This document shows positions 1 through 9,059 of a stretch of 44,889 nucleotides of DNA, piece after piece. The stretch covers positions 1 through 44,889 of the IMG/VR virus record IMGVR_UViG_3300020161_001520, one strand, 5' to 3'. Within the stretch, counting starts at the first letter, position 1. The number at the start of each line of letters is the position of its first letter. The DNA comes from a virus (taxonomy: Duplodnaviria; Caudoviricetes). The translations under genes and the position numbers were made by a program. Under the pieces are notes generated by a model. It saw nothing but the letters and a program-made list of their open reading frames with translations. It was not told the origin of the DNA and did no database searches.

Positions 1-1
1 A

Positions 2-541
2 ACAAAAGAAACAGGGGAATACCCTAATGATTTTAAGTTTTCAGAAGAATCTCAGTTAATCAAGTTTATTGGTGATGGTCCATTCCGTTCATACGAACAG
101 CATTGGATTGACCGTTCATCAGGTAAGCGTTCGTTTGTCTGCATTGCTGATTCAGATGCAGAAGGTTGCCCACTATGCGACCTAATTGGAGACAAGCCAC
201 GTGGCAAGTTTGCTTTCACTGTATTGGTTTTGTCTGCTGACGAACCAAAGACAATGATTCTTACAGCACCACCTACTTTATTCCGTCAAATTAAAGCAGC
301 ACATGAAGACCCTAAGCGTGGACCATTGAATAAGTTCTTTTATTCAGTATCACGTACAGGCACTGGTCCACAGACTACATACGCTCTTGAGCGTGTGCGT
401 TCTACAGACCTTACAGAAGATTGGGACCTTGACCCCGCTCAGGTTGAGGAACTAGTAGCAAAGGCTGAGCAGTTCACTCCAGACGTTATCTGGGATACGC
501 CTCGTGCAGAACTGCTTGAGATTGCTCGTTCGGTCGCTTAA
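2..541 (+). CDS. ssDNA-binding protein, T4 gp32-like (5'-truncated)
   Basis: The frame of ORF 224..541 is open back to nt 2 (..YEQHWIDRSSGKRSFVCIADSDAEGCPLCD..), giving an H..C..CxxC Zn site. It also has SRTGTGPQTTY and lies directly upstream of polA. Confidence 0.7.
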   Translation, partial: TKETGEYPNDFKFSEESQLIKFIGDGPFRSYEQHWIDRSSGKRSFVCIADSDAEGCPLCDLIGDKPRGKFAFTVLVLSADEPKTMILTAPPTLFRQIKAAHEDPKRGPLNKFFYSVSRTGTGPQTTYALERVRSTDLTEDWDLDPAQVEELVAKAEQFTPDVIWDTPRAELLEIARSVA

Positions 542-563
542 CTTCCACTGCGACCCCTCCCAT

Positions 564-599
564 GCGGTGGGTGACTTATGCGGATTTGTCACCCACCGC
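564..599 (+). terminator. 12-bp hairpin (terminator or processing site)
   Basis: GCGGTGGGTGAC (564-575) / GTCACCCACCGC (588-599), between SSB and polA. The U-tract is weak. Confidence 0.5.
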
Positions 600-621
600 T
601 CTCTAACTTATTAGGAGCACT

Positions 622-2634
622 GTGAACATAATTACAACTAAGACCCAACTTGATGAAATGGTTGCTGCGTATCAACAACAACCTGCATTTGCTTTTGACG
701 TAGAAACTGTTGGGCCAGATGATTTTTCTCGTCTACATCCATTACTTAATGAAGTAACTTGGATTGCTTTTGCTACAGAAGGACGAACTGACGTTATCCC
801 AATGGGTCATCCAAATGGAGAGTTTCTTCATTGGGATAAGCCGTTGCTTGGTTCTGGTGAAAAGCGTTTAGCGGAAGGTAAAGAGATTCGTGAACAAGAT
901 TACTCAAAGCGTGAAGATAATTGGACACCAGTTTTTTCTGAAGCACCAGAACAACTCTTACCAGGGGATGTGTTCAAAGCACTCAAGCCTCTATTGTTTA
1001 GTGACAAAACCAAAGTTGGACACAACATTAAGTTTGACCTCAAAGCAATTGCAAAGTATTACCGAGGAGTAGTTTGCCCAAAGCCGTACTTTGACACAAT
1101 GATGGCGGCTTTTATTTTAGATAACCGAACTAAGAACAGCCTTGGCCTCGCTGCCTGTGCTGAGAGGGAGTTAGGTTTAGAGGTTGTAAAAGGTGTTGGT
1201 AAGGCTGTAGAACGTCACTCATTTAGTGAAGTTGCTAAATATGCTGGCATAGATGCTGAAACAACATGGAACCTTTATAAGATTTACGATGAACGGCTTA
1301 CTGAACGAAACATGCTAACAGTTTGGCGTTTAGAGATGGACTTGATGTTGGTCTTGGCTGATATGGAGTTAGCAGGAGCACACATTGATGAAGAAGAGTT
1401 AGAAAGCCTTCGTAAACAACTAGAGAAAGACATTATTAAAGTAACTGGTGAGGCTTTTAAACTTGCTGGCAAAGAGTTTCACATGAATTCAATTCAGGAA
1501 AAACAGAAGTTGCTTTTTACACCCAAGTCTGAAGGTGGACGAGGAATTCGACCAAATAAGACAATTAAAATTGCTTTAACTCCTAAAGGCCTTGATGCTG
1601 TAAAGAACGGACAAGAGATTGGTTCACAGCATTACTCAGTAAGTGCTGAAGCACTTGAGTACTACCGTGAAAAAGACCCATTAGTTGCTGCAATTATGAA
1701 GTACCAAGATTTAAACAAAATTATGACAACTTACGTAACCCCTTATACTGGTGGAGAAGTTACTCGTACAACTGCTGGTAAATCCAAAACAGTTGAACGT
1801 CAAAGTCTTCTTGTAAACGGAAAAGTACATACAAACTTTAAGTCTCACGGTGCGGAAACAGGTCGGTTCTCTAGTTCTGAACCAAACCTACAAAACATTC
1901 CATCACAAGGTGAGTATGGAAAATTAATTAGAAATTTGTTTATTGCACCTCCTGGATACAAATTGGTGGTTGCTGACTACTCTCAGATTGAGCCACGAAT
2001 TATTGCTTCGTTTTCTCGTGACCCAAAGTTTATGCAGAACTACCTAGAAGGTGGAGACATTTACACAACTATTGGAAACGAGATGAACGTAGACCGTCGT
2101 GCAGGTAAGGTTCTTGTTCTTGCTATTGCGTACGGGGTTGGTCCAGAAAAAATTGCTGACCAAATTGGTTGTACAGTAAAAGAAGCACATCAATTAATGG
2201 ATAGGTTTAACGATGCTTTTACATCCATTAACAACTATAGAAACAGAGTTATTCGTACTGCACGACAACAACGACCTCTGCCATACGTATCTACTGTTTT
2301 AGGACGCAGACGGTATATCCCAGAGTTACTAAACAAAGACCTTGGAATGAAGTCACGAGCAGAACGCCAAGCCTTTAACACAGTTATTCAGGGTTCTGCT
2401 GCAGACCTTATTAAGTTAGCAATGGTTAGAGCACACTCTTGTTTTGTTGATGAGCCAGAGGTAAACGTTCTTTTGACGGTTCACGATGAACTTGTAACTA
2501 TTACACCCGACCATTTAGCCAATGAAGTTGCTGCTGCTATCACTGCTTCTATGGAAGGGGTTACTCTTCCAGATATGATGGTCCCATTGATTGCAGATAC
2601 AAAGATTGTTCAAAAGTGGGGTGAAGCAAAATGA
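622..2634 (+). CDS. polA: DNA polymerase family A (3'-5' exonuclease + polymerase)
   Basis: Exo motifs FDVET, HNIKFD, YAGID. Pol motifs TGRFSSSEPNLQNIP, ADYSQIEPR, RRAGKVLVLAIAYG, VHDE. Confidence 0.97.
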   Translation: MNIITTKTQLDEMVAAYQQQPAFAFDVETVGPDDFSRLHPLLNEVTWIAFATEGRTDVIPMGHPNGEFLHWDKPLLGSGEKRLAEGKEIREQDYSKREDNWTPVFSEAPEQLLPGDVFKALKPLLFSDKTKVGHNIKFDLKAIAKYYRGVVCPKPYFDTMMAAFILDNRTKNSLGLAACAERELGLEVVKGVGKAVERHSFSEVAKYAGIDAETTWNLYKIYDERLTERNMLTVWRLEMDLMLVLADMELAGAHIDEEELESLRKQLEKDIIKVTGEAFKLAGKEFHMNSIQEKQKLLFTPKSEGGRGIRPNKTIKIALTPKGLDAVKNGQEIGSQHYSVSAEALEYYREKDPLVAAIMKYQDLNKIMTTYVTPYTGGEVTRTTAGKSKTVERQSLLVNGKVHTNFKSHGAETGRFSSSEPNLQNIPSQGEYGKLIRNLFIAPPGYKLVVADYSQIEPRIIASFSRDPKFMQNYLEGGDIYTTIGNEMNVDRRAGKVLVLAIAYGVGPEKIADQIGCTVKEAHQLMDRFNDAFTSINNYRNRVIRTARQQRPLPYVSTVLGRRRYIPELLNKDLGMKSRAERQAFNTVIQGSAADLIKLAMVRAHSCFVDEPEVNVLLTVHDELVTITPDHLANEVAAAITASMEGVTLPDMMVPLIADTKIVQKWGEAK

Positions 2635-3053
2635 GTTTTTTTAGAAAGAAAAAACCAAAAATTGAATTTGATATTGATGCTCTTACAACAGAGGTCATGT
2701 TTCGTATTCGTGGTTTGTTTTTAGATTCGCAGTTAGAAGATGCCTTTTCTCTTAGTGTGATTGCTGGAACTACGATGGTTAGTGATGAAATTGCGGAAAA
2801 AGAACGGGAAGAGAGCGATAAAAGAGTTGCCCGTATTGCTCATCTTTACCCCATGATTTTGGCCCATGCTCACTCAGTCGCTAAAGCCACGGTGGTTTTG
2901 TATAAAACTAAGGTAGATAACGACCTTCCTGAGGAAGCCTGGGAAACAATGTTAGAAATAAATCAACAAATTGCCCTTGCCGCAGTGGTCGGTTCTATTT
3001 CTCAGATAGTAGACTTGCAGTTGTTGTCGATTGGACCAAGGAGACCAAAATGA
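2631..3053 (+). CDS. hypothetical protein
   Basis: 140-aa ORF with ATGA overlaps at both ends. Confidence 0.75.
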   Translation: MSFFRKKKPKIEFDIDALTTEVMFRIRGLFLDSQLEDAFSLSVIAGTTMVSDEIAEKEREESDKRVARIAHLYPMILAHAHSVAKATVVLYKTKVDNDLPEEAWETMLEINQQIALAAVVGSISQIVDLQLLSIGPRRPK

Positions 3054-3424
3054 GTAACGCAGACTGGTGGGCAAAAAAACTAGGTGGGCAAACCCCTGCT
3101 CCAAGACAAGACGTGTCACCACCAATGCCTCCATCACAACAACCAATGACTCGTTTTGAACCGCCACAACCACAGCAACCTAATTTGCGTATTGGAAGTG
3201 CTCAACAAACACAAAGTTGTCCTGAGTGTAATTCCGCAAATTACATGGCAGTTCAAAACACTGCTCCCCGTTGTTACGATTGCGGTTACCCAATTAGTCA
3301 ATCAGGTTCTCGTTACGGAGCACTAACAGGTGCTAAGGTTGAGGGAAACACAAAGTCCTCTATTGGAAACGATGCTACAAGCAACTGGAATCCACAAGGC
3401 ATCATAGGAAGAATTGACGGATGA
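3050..3424 (+). CDS. Zn-ribbon protein with Pro/Gln-rich N-terminus
   Basis: CPEC...CYDC; translationally coupled to recA. Confidence 0.75.
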   Translation: MSNADWWAKKLGGQTPAPRQDVSPPMPPSQQPMTRFEPPQPQQPNLRIGSAQQTQSCPECNSANYMAVQNTAPRCYDCGYPISQSGSRYGALTGAKVEGNTKSSIGNDATSNWNPQGIIGRIDG

Positions 3425-4440
3425 TAAATGATGAAGCAAAGAAAGTCGCTGCCTTACTTAATAAACGATTTGGCGAGAACGTCGTGGTGGTGGGGTCTGA
3501 TATTCGTGCTGACCTTATTCCTCGCATTACCAGTGGTTCTACTACATTGGATTACGTCCTTGGAGGAGGATTTCCTGGAAACCAATGGAATGAACTCATC
3601 GGAGAATCCTCACACGGAAAAACAGCCGTAGCATTAAAGACAATTGCTGCTAATCAGAAGTTAAACCCAGAACACACAACTGTGTGGGTTGCTGCAGAGC
3701 AGTGGGTTCCTGAATACGCACAGATGTGCGGTGTAGATACAAGCCGTGTCATTGTTATTGAGACCAACATTATGGAAGAAGCGTATGACGCAGTTATTGC
3801 GTTTGCTGAATCTAAGGCTGTAGATGCCATTGTTATTGACTCATTGCCAGCCTTATCTCCCGCTCCTGAAATGGAGAAGAACATGGATGAGATGACGGTT
3901 GGACGTGGAGCCTTGCTTACCAATAAATTTTTTAGAGTTGTTGGTTCAGCCATCAAAAGAAGTTTGGTTGAAGATGAACGTGCAGTACTAGGAATTGTTA
4001 TTAACCAATACCGAATGAAAATTGGCGTAATGCACGGCGACCCTCGTACAACTCCTGGCGGAGAAGGAAAGAACTATGCCTTCTTTACTCGCTGTGAAGT
4101 CCGTAGAGACGAATGGATTGAAATTGGACCTAGCGGTAACAAAACCCGTATTGGTCAGGTCATTAAGGTTAGAAGCCTAAAGAATAAAACAGCACCACCA
4201 CAACGAGTTGCATATTTTGATTTTTACTTTGCACCAGGTGGAGACTGTGCTCCTGGAGAATACGACTTTGCTAAAGAAATCGCTGCAATGTCAGTGCTCA
4301 ATGAGATAGTAGAGCGTAAGGGTGCTTGGTACTACTACGGTGAACGTAAGTGGCAAGGCACAGACGCACTTATTGCAAGTATTCGTGAAGAGATTGAACT
4401 CAAAGAAGAGTTAGCAAAGAAGGTACTAGAACTTGGATGA
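3421..4440 (+). CDS. recA: RecA/UvsX recombinase
   Basis: GESSHGKT Walker A, IVIDS Walker B, INQYRMKIGVMHGDPRTTPGG, KNKTAPP, KGAWYYY. Confidence 0.95.
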   Translation: MINDEAKKVAALLNKRFGENVVVVGSDIRADLIPRITSGSTTLDYVLGGGFPGNQWNELIGESSHGKTAVALKTIAANQKLNPEHTTVWVAAEQWVPEYAQMCGVDTSRVIVIETNIMEEAYDAVIAFAESKAVDAIVIDSLPALSPAPEMEKNMDEMTVGRGALLTNKFFRVVGSAIKRSLVEDERAVLGIVINQYRMKIGVMHGDPRTTPGGEGKNYAFFTRCEVRRDEWIEIGPSGNKTRIGQVIKVRSLKNKTAPPQRVAYFDFYFAPGGDCAPGEYDFAKEIAAMSVLNEIVERKGAWYYYGERKWQGTDALIASIREEIELKEELAKKVLELG

Positions 4441-4633
4441 TATGAAATGTAGTTGGTTTGTAACCATGGATGAGTACATGAACATATTAAACTTTGTTGT
4501 TACTAAATCCGAGTCTGGTTACACTAGAAAACAACACCCAGAAGATTTAATGCACACAGTGCAAATAGCAGCAGAAACAGTTGCATTAACACTAATTGCA
4601 TACGACCAATTTAAGGTCACCAAAAAGAAATGA
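4433..4633 (+). CDS. hypothetical protein
   Basis: Fills the recA-resolvase gap and overlaps both neighbours. Confidence 0.55.
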   Translation: MDDMKCSWFVTMDEYMNILNFVVTKSESGYTRKQHPEDLMHTVQIAAETVALTLIAYDQFKVTKKK

Positions 4634-4950
4634 AATCAGAAGGTCAGAAGCAGTCTCGTAAGCATGAGAATCGTTTAGCCAAAAAGGTTGATGGTTCTCG
4701 TACTGCTGCTTCTGGAGCCTTTTGGTCAAGAAAGGGAGATGTCCGTTCTAAAGACTTACTGATTGAACATAAGTGGACAGGTAAAAAGCAAGTCACTATT
4801 AAGTCAGATGTTCTAAAGAAGATAACAAGAGAGGCAATACTAGACAGCCGTACCCCGATACTCGGTCTACACCTAGATGGGGAGAACTACGTGGTTCTCC
4901 TTGAAGACGATTACCTAGAAATGAGAGAGACTCTTGAAAAGGAATCGTAA
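4630..4950 (+). CDS. Hjc-like PD-(D/E)XK Holliday junction resolvase
   Basis: E..LAK, SGA, KGDV, IEHK pattern. Confidence 0.75.
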   Translation: MKSEGQKQSRKHENRLAKKVDGSRTAASGAFWSRKGDVRSKDLLIEHKWTGKKQVTIKSDVLKKITREAILDSRTPILGLHLDGENYVVLLEDDYLEMRETLEKES

Positions 4951-4953
4951 TTT

Positions 4954-5274
4954 ATGTATGAACCGTCGTATGCTTGGCGGTACAAGGCAAAGTGTAAAGG
5001 AGAGGACACTGACACCTTTTACCCACCTCGTGATAAAGATTTATACTCAGTTATTGCAGATAGGGCTAAGTCCTTCTGTTTTGGTGAAAATGGCAAATCA
5101 CCGTGTCCAGTAAGACAACAATGTCTGTGGGATGCTGTAGAAAGAGATGAACCCCACGGTATTTGGGGAGGACTTTCACATCGTGAAAGAAATGCTCAGA
5201 TACGTAAATGGAAAAAGTCTTACAAAAAGACGATGACTCTAAAAGAGTTCATCATGAGATTGGATACGGAATGA
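4954..5274 (+). CDS. whiB: WhiB family transcription factor
   Basis: W..AKC, FC..CPVRQQC, GIWGGLSHRER. Confidence 0.93.
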   Translation: MYEPSYAWRYKAKCKGEDTDTFYPPRDKDLYSVIADRAKSFCFGENGKSPCPVRQQCLWDAVERDEPHGIWGGLSHRERNAQIRKWKKSYKKTMTLKEFIMRLDTE

Positions 5275-6098
5275 CAGACTTAAAGAAGTTCTTAGATGCT
5301 AAAAAAAGCAACCCTAGGTTGATTGGTGACATTGAGCGACACTTGATGTCTCGACCACCAGAAAAACGGTTAACAACTGTGTTGCATCCTTCTGAAATGG
5401 TTAAATCTGATTGGTGTCTAAGAGCCTCTTATTTTGCACTAAAAGGTGCAGAGGTAAAGAAAGATAAACCCAACCTTCGTTTGCAATCTATTTTTGATGA
5501 GGGCCACAGCATTCACGCTAAATGGCAAAATTGGTTTAGAGAAATGGGTGTGTTGTACGGTACTTGGGGTGACTCAACTGGTATTTCTTGGGCTGTTGCT
5601 ACAGACGTACACAAAAGCGTTGACTATAAAGAAGTGCCTTTAGTTCTTCCAGAATTAATGATTGCTGGTCATGCTGATGGTTGGATTAAAGGTATTGGAG
5701 ATGATTGTTTAATTGAAATCAAATCCATTGGTGCAGGAACCCTTAGGTTTGAAGCACCCGAATTACTTGCTAAGGCTGACGGAGATTTAACCAAAGCCTG
5801 GAGAAGTATTCGTCGCCCATTTAGAACACACATTTTGCAAGGTCAGATGTACTTAGAGTTAGCCAAAAGACTATTTGGTGATGATGCTCCTAAAGAAATC
5901 GTGTTTATTTACGAACTTAAGGCTGACCAAGATTATCGTGAATTTACTATAAAAGCAGATTACGAGTTTGTAGAGCCTATATTTGAAAAGGCACAACTTG
6001 TAGTGGATGCTTTTAAATCTGATACGCCTATCGAGTGCAGCAACAATGGTGCACTAGGATGTAAACAATGCAACCAGTTTGGAGAGAGTAATGCTTAA
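5271..6098 (+). CDS. Cas4-like PD-(D/E)XK exonuclease
   Basis: HPSE..WC, GHSIH, GHADG, IEIKS, Q.QMY and C-terminal C..CKQC. The likely start is ATG 5271, overlapping the whiB stop. Confidence 0.8.
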   Translation: MTDLKKFLDAKKSNPRLIGDIERHLMSRPPEKRLTTVLHPSEMVKSDWCLRASYFALKGAEVKKDKPNLRLQSIFDEGHSIHAKWQNWFREMGVLYGTWGDSTGISWAVATDVHKSVDYKEVPLVLPELMIAGHADGWIKGIGDDCLIEIKSIGAGTLRFEAPELLAKADGDLTKAWRSIRRPFRTHILQGQMYLELAKRLFGDDAPKEIVFIYELKADQDYREFTIKADYEFVEPIFEKAQLVVDAFKSDTPIECSNNGALGCKQCNQFGESNA

Positions 6099-6579
6099 AT
6101 TTGGAGAGGCCTCACAGAAAGCAGTAGACACTTTGACAGAGCAAGGGTTCTTTCACGCAGCAAAACAATCAGAGTTTCCTACTATGCCTAGAGAACTTAC
6201 AGACCTTGATGGTGAAGAGTTAAGTCACTTATTTAGTAGTTTGACTGCTTGGTCTAACTACATTGCAACCCAGTTATCTGCAGCACAGATTGATGAACGT
6301 GCAGCAGAAAAAGCCCTTGATTCAGCATCGGCTCGAATTATGGTTACTCGTATGGGGCAAAAAACAACTGGAGAAAGAATTACTGCAATTAAAGCAGAGG
6401 TAGCAATAGACCCAAAGATTTTAGGTTTGGCAGATAAAGTGGAAGAAGTTTACGCTTATCGCAAAATGATTGAGGTTATGTTTTACAACTTAGAACGTGA
6501 CAGTGCTTTAGTTTCTCGTGAAATTACTAGACGTTCATCAGATTTCCGTGCAATGCGAAAGGATAAGTTCTCGTCATGA
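6091..6579 (+). CDS. UvsY-like recombination mediator (coiled coil)
   Basis: Helical protein ending LVSREITRR, in the recombination block. GGAGAG RBS before ATG 6091. Confidence 0.55.
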   Translation: MLKFGEASQKAVDTLTEQGFFHAAKQSEFPTMPRELTDLDGEELSHLFSSLTAWSNYIATQLSAAQIDERAAEKALDSASARIMVTRMGQKTTGERITAIKAEVAIDPKILGLADKVEEVYAYRKMIEVMFYNLERDSALVSREITRRSSDFRAMRKDKFSS

Positions 6580-7106
6580 TTATTGGTTTGTCTGGGTATG
6601 CTCAATCTGGTAAGGACACCGTTGCTGAGTACTTAGTTAAAGAGTATGACTATAAGAGAATAGCATTTGCTGACCCTATTAGGAACGTGCTCTACTCAAT
6701 GAATCCTTTGATTGGAAGCAACAGATTAGTTGATATGGTTGATGAGTATGGTTGGGACGTAACTAAACAAAACCCAGAAGTCAGAAATCTTTTGCAATCT
6801 TTGGGGTTTAGTGCTCGTCGTGTTATTGATGAGCGTGTTTGGATTGCAGCAGCCTTTCATGAAATGACTAACAGAGATGCAAACTACGTGATTGCCGATG
6901 TTAGGTTTTATAACGAAGCAAACATGATTCATAGTGAAGGCGGTCAAGTTTGGCGAGTAAATCGACCAGGAGTATCCGCTGTAAACACACATATTTCAGA
7001 AACAGATTTAGATAGATTTGAATTTGACCACGTTCTTAACAACGATGCTTCTGTAGAAGCACTGCACTTTTTAGTAAAACGAATACATGAGCACAAAGGT
7101 CTTTGA
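6576..7106 (+). CDS. deoxynucleoside monophosphate kinase
   Basis: IIGLSGYAQSGKDT, AFADP, R.LLQ.LG, DVRF.NE, H.SE. Confidence 0.9.
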   Translation: MIIGLSGYAQSGKDTVAEYLVKEYDYKRIAFADPIRNVLYSMNPLIGSNRLVDMVDEYGWDVTKQNPEVRNLLQSLGFSARRVIDERVWIAAAFHEMTNRDANYVIADVRFYNEANMIHSEGGQVWRVNRPGVSAVNTHISETDLDRFEFDHVLNNDASVEALHFLVKRIHEHKGL

Positions 7107-7662
7107 TAACGGTCTTACCCGAAAAGACAACGTATACATAGGAATCGACCAATCGTTAACAGGTTTTGGTTTAACTGCTCTTTCTTCTGTAGACCCAAAG
7201 CAATATCAAACATGGGTTTATAAATCTCCTTATTTCGGTATAGAGCGTTTGGTTGATATTAAAGAGTGGATAGGAGACACTCTTGATTATGTTCAAGAAT
7301 TAAACGCTGAAATAATTGATGTTGCTATAGAAGGTAGCGTTCTGCAATCCCCTGCTGCATTAAAACTAGGAGAGTTAGCAGCCATTGTTAAACTAGAGTT
7401 ATACGAAAGAGACAAGATATTTCCACTCCAAGTATCCCCAATGACTTTAAAGAAATTTGCTGCGGGTAAAGGAAACGCCAAAAAACAAGAGATGTTGATG
7501 CAAATGTACAAACGCTGGGGCGTGGAATTTAGCGATGATAATGCTGCTGATTCCTATGCTTTAGCCCGTCTAGTCTCAGGACTTGGTATAGATGCCGTAG
7601 AAAAGGCTGTTATTAAACAAATGGCTGACCCAAAATATAGAGATGAGAAACGTTTAGGCTGA
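7087..7662 (+). CDS. ruvC: RuvC-like Holliday junction resolvase
   Basis: IGIDQSLTGFG, IEG, P.TLKKFAAGKGNA.K, DNAADSY. Confidence 0.85.
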   Translation: MSTKVFDNGLTRKDNVYIGIDQSLTGFGLTALSSVDPKQYQTWVYKSPYFGIERLVDIKEWIGDTLDYVQELNAEIIDVAIEGSVLQSPAALKLGELAAIVKLELYERDKIFPLQVSPMTLKKFAAGKGNAKKQEMLMQMYKRWGVEFSDDNAADSYALARLVSGLGIDAVEKAVIKQMADPKYRDEKRLG

Positions 7663-7733
7663 TTTATGCGTGGTTTATCCCTACCTTTATAGTCAGGTGG
7701 GCATTACAAATCATAACAAAGGGATAATAAATC

Positions 7734-8024
7734 GTGACTGAAATTAACAAAGCATCTTCTGAGGAAGATTTTTTACGAGTAAGTGCTGGTAGCAACCCAC
7801 AAAGCGTTGCTTCAGCAATCGCACACGCTCTTTACGCTGGAGGACAGGTAAAACTTCGTGCTGTTGGAGCAGGAGCAGTAAATCAAGCAGTAAAAGCCCT
7901 AGCAATTGCTCGTGGTTATGTAGCCCCTCGTGGACTAGACCTAACCTGCAAACCAGGGTTTACAACCATTGAGAGCCGTGATGGTGAGATTTCTGCCATC
8001 GTCTTTAGCATTCAAGCCAGTTAA
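7734..8024 (+). CDS. spoVS: SpoVS family (Alba-like) protein
   Basis: LRVSAGSNPQSVASAIA, AVGAGAVNQAVKALAIARGYVAP.G.DL...PGF closely match SpoVS. Confidence 0.92.
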   Translation: MTEINKASSEEDFLRVSAGSNPQSVASAIAHALYAGGQVKLRAVGAGAVNQAVKALAIARGYVAPRGLDLTCKPGFTTIESRDGEISAIVFSIQAS

Positions 8025-8064
8025 AAAAAGAATATTCTTAGACCAAGGGCAATAAGGAGTTAAT

Positions 8065-8472
8065 ATGTCAGACTATAGAGATATGGGACATGCTATGCGT
8101 CGTCGTGCAGGAGCAGCCAGTAACCACATTGCTGGTGCAGGCAAAAAAACATCAGTAGATGTTCCAAGCGTAATTGAACAACACATTACTCAAGGAAGTG
8201 CAAGCCTTGCTGTTGGTGCTGTAAAAGGAACACTAGTTCCAAAGAAGAACACACAAGCAGGAGACCCAACTGCAATGGGTACAAAGAAGAATCGTTCAAA
8301 CGTAACTTCACCTGGTGGTTCAGAGCGTATGGGTGCTGCATACAAAGTAACCGCAAAGTTCAGCGTGTCCTCTCCAGAGGCTGCGGCAACAATGCGTAGT
8401 GCTCGTATTGTTAAAAGCGTAATGGGTTCACGTGCAAACATGAACTCTGGTGCTTCTGACTCAACGGATTAA
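8065..8472 (+). CDS. small basic hypothetical protein
   Basis: AAGGAG RBS; rich in Ala, Gly, Ser and Lys. Confidence 0.75.
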   Translation: MSDYRDMGHAMRRRAGAASNHIAGAGKKTSVDVPSVIEQHITQGSASLAVGAVKGTLVPKKNTQAGDPTAMGTKKNRSNVTSPGGSERMGAAYKVTAKFSVSSPEAAATMRSARIVKSVMGSRANMNSGASDSTD

Positions 8473-8475
8473 TCC

Positions 8476-8709
8476 ATGAGCAGCAATGCGTTATCTTCCG
8501 CACAAGGCGGAAATATGAAGCCGTACCGTTATGAGGGATATGCTTCTCCGAAGCCTCTAGGTTCTAGCAACCTTTCAACAGCATCGGCTCGCACTGCGTG
8601 GAGTAATGATTCAAACCCTTACGGAACACCACAACCATTATCAAAACAAACTTCTGGTTCGTTTTATAAGTGGGATGACGGCGGTTCTTCTAGACCAATT
8701 AAAGAATAG
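8476..8709 (+). CDS. hypothetical protein
   Basis: Starts 3 nt after the previous stop. Confidence 0.65.
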   Translation: MSSNALSSAQGGNMKPYRYEGYASPKPLGSSNLSTASARTAWSNDSNPYGTPQPLSKQTSGSFYKWDDGGSSRPIKE

Positions 8710-8786
8710 ATATTTGCGTGTCGTAGCCGTTTCGTAGAGAATTTCGTGTACTATTTAGTAAATGAATTCTCTACGAAGGGCTACCC

Positions 8787-9059
8787 GTGTCTAAGTTCGA
8801 ATATCCTACCGAAGAACAGTTTGATGCGTTCTTTACAACCCCATTTGATGTCCCAGAAAAAAAGCGTTGCCGTTTTGGTGACTGGTTAGAGTTTCTATCT
8901 CCTGAACATCGTTCACAAGTTGCTGTTTGGCTAAAGGCAAATCATGATGATGTTGTTAAACCAAATTATGCAAAAATCGGTTTAAAGTTTCAAAGCATGA
9001 CAAATATTAGTCGTGACACTATACGTAACCACCTAAAGGGGAACTGTGCATGTCGTTAA
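8787..9059 (+). CDS. HTH/Zn-containing hypothetical protein
   Basis: C..., ISRDTIRNH...CAC; coupled to the phosphoesterase. Confidence 0.65.
   Translation: MSKFEYPTEEQFDAFFTTPFDVPEKKRCRFGDWLEFLSPEHRSQVAVWLKANHDDVVKPNYAKIGLKFQSMTNISRDTIRNHLKGNCACR

Noticed and set aside
5271-6098. Cas4-like nuclease as evidence of CRISPR-Cas
   Set aside because: No repeat-spacer array or other cas genes were seen. Solo Cas4-like nucleases are normal in phage recombination modules.
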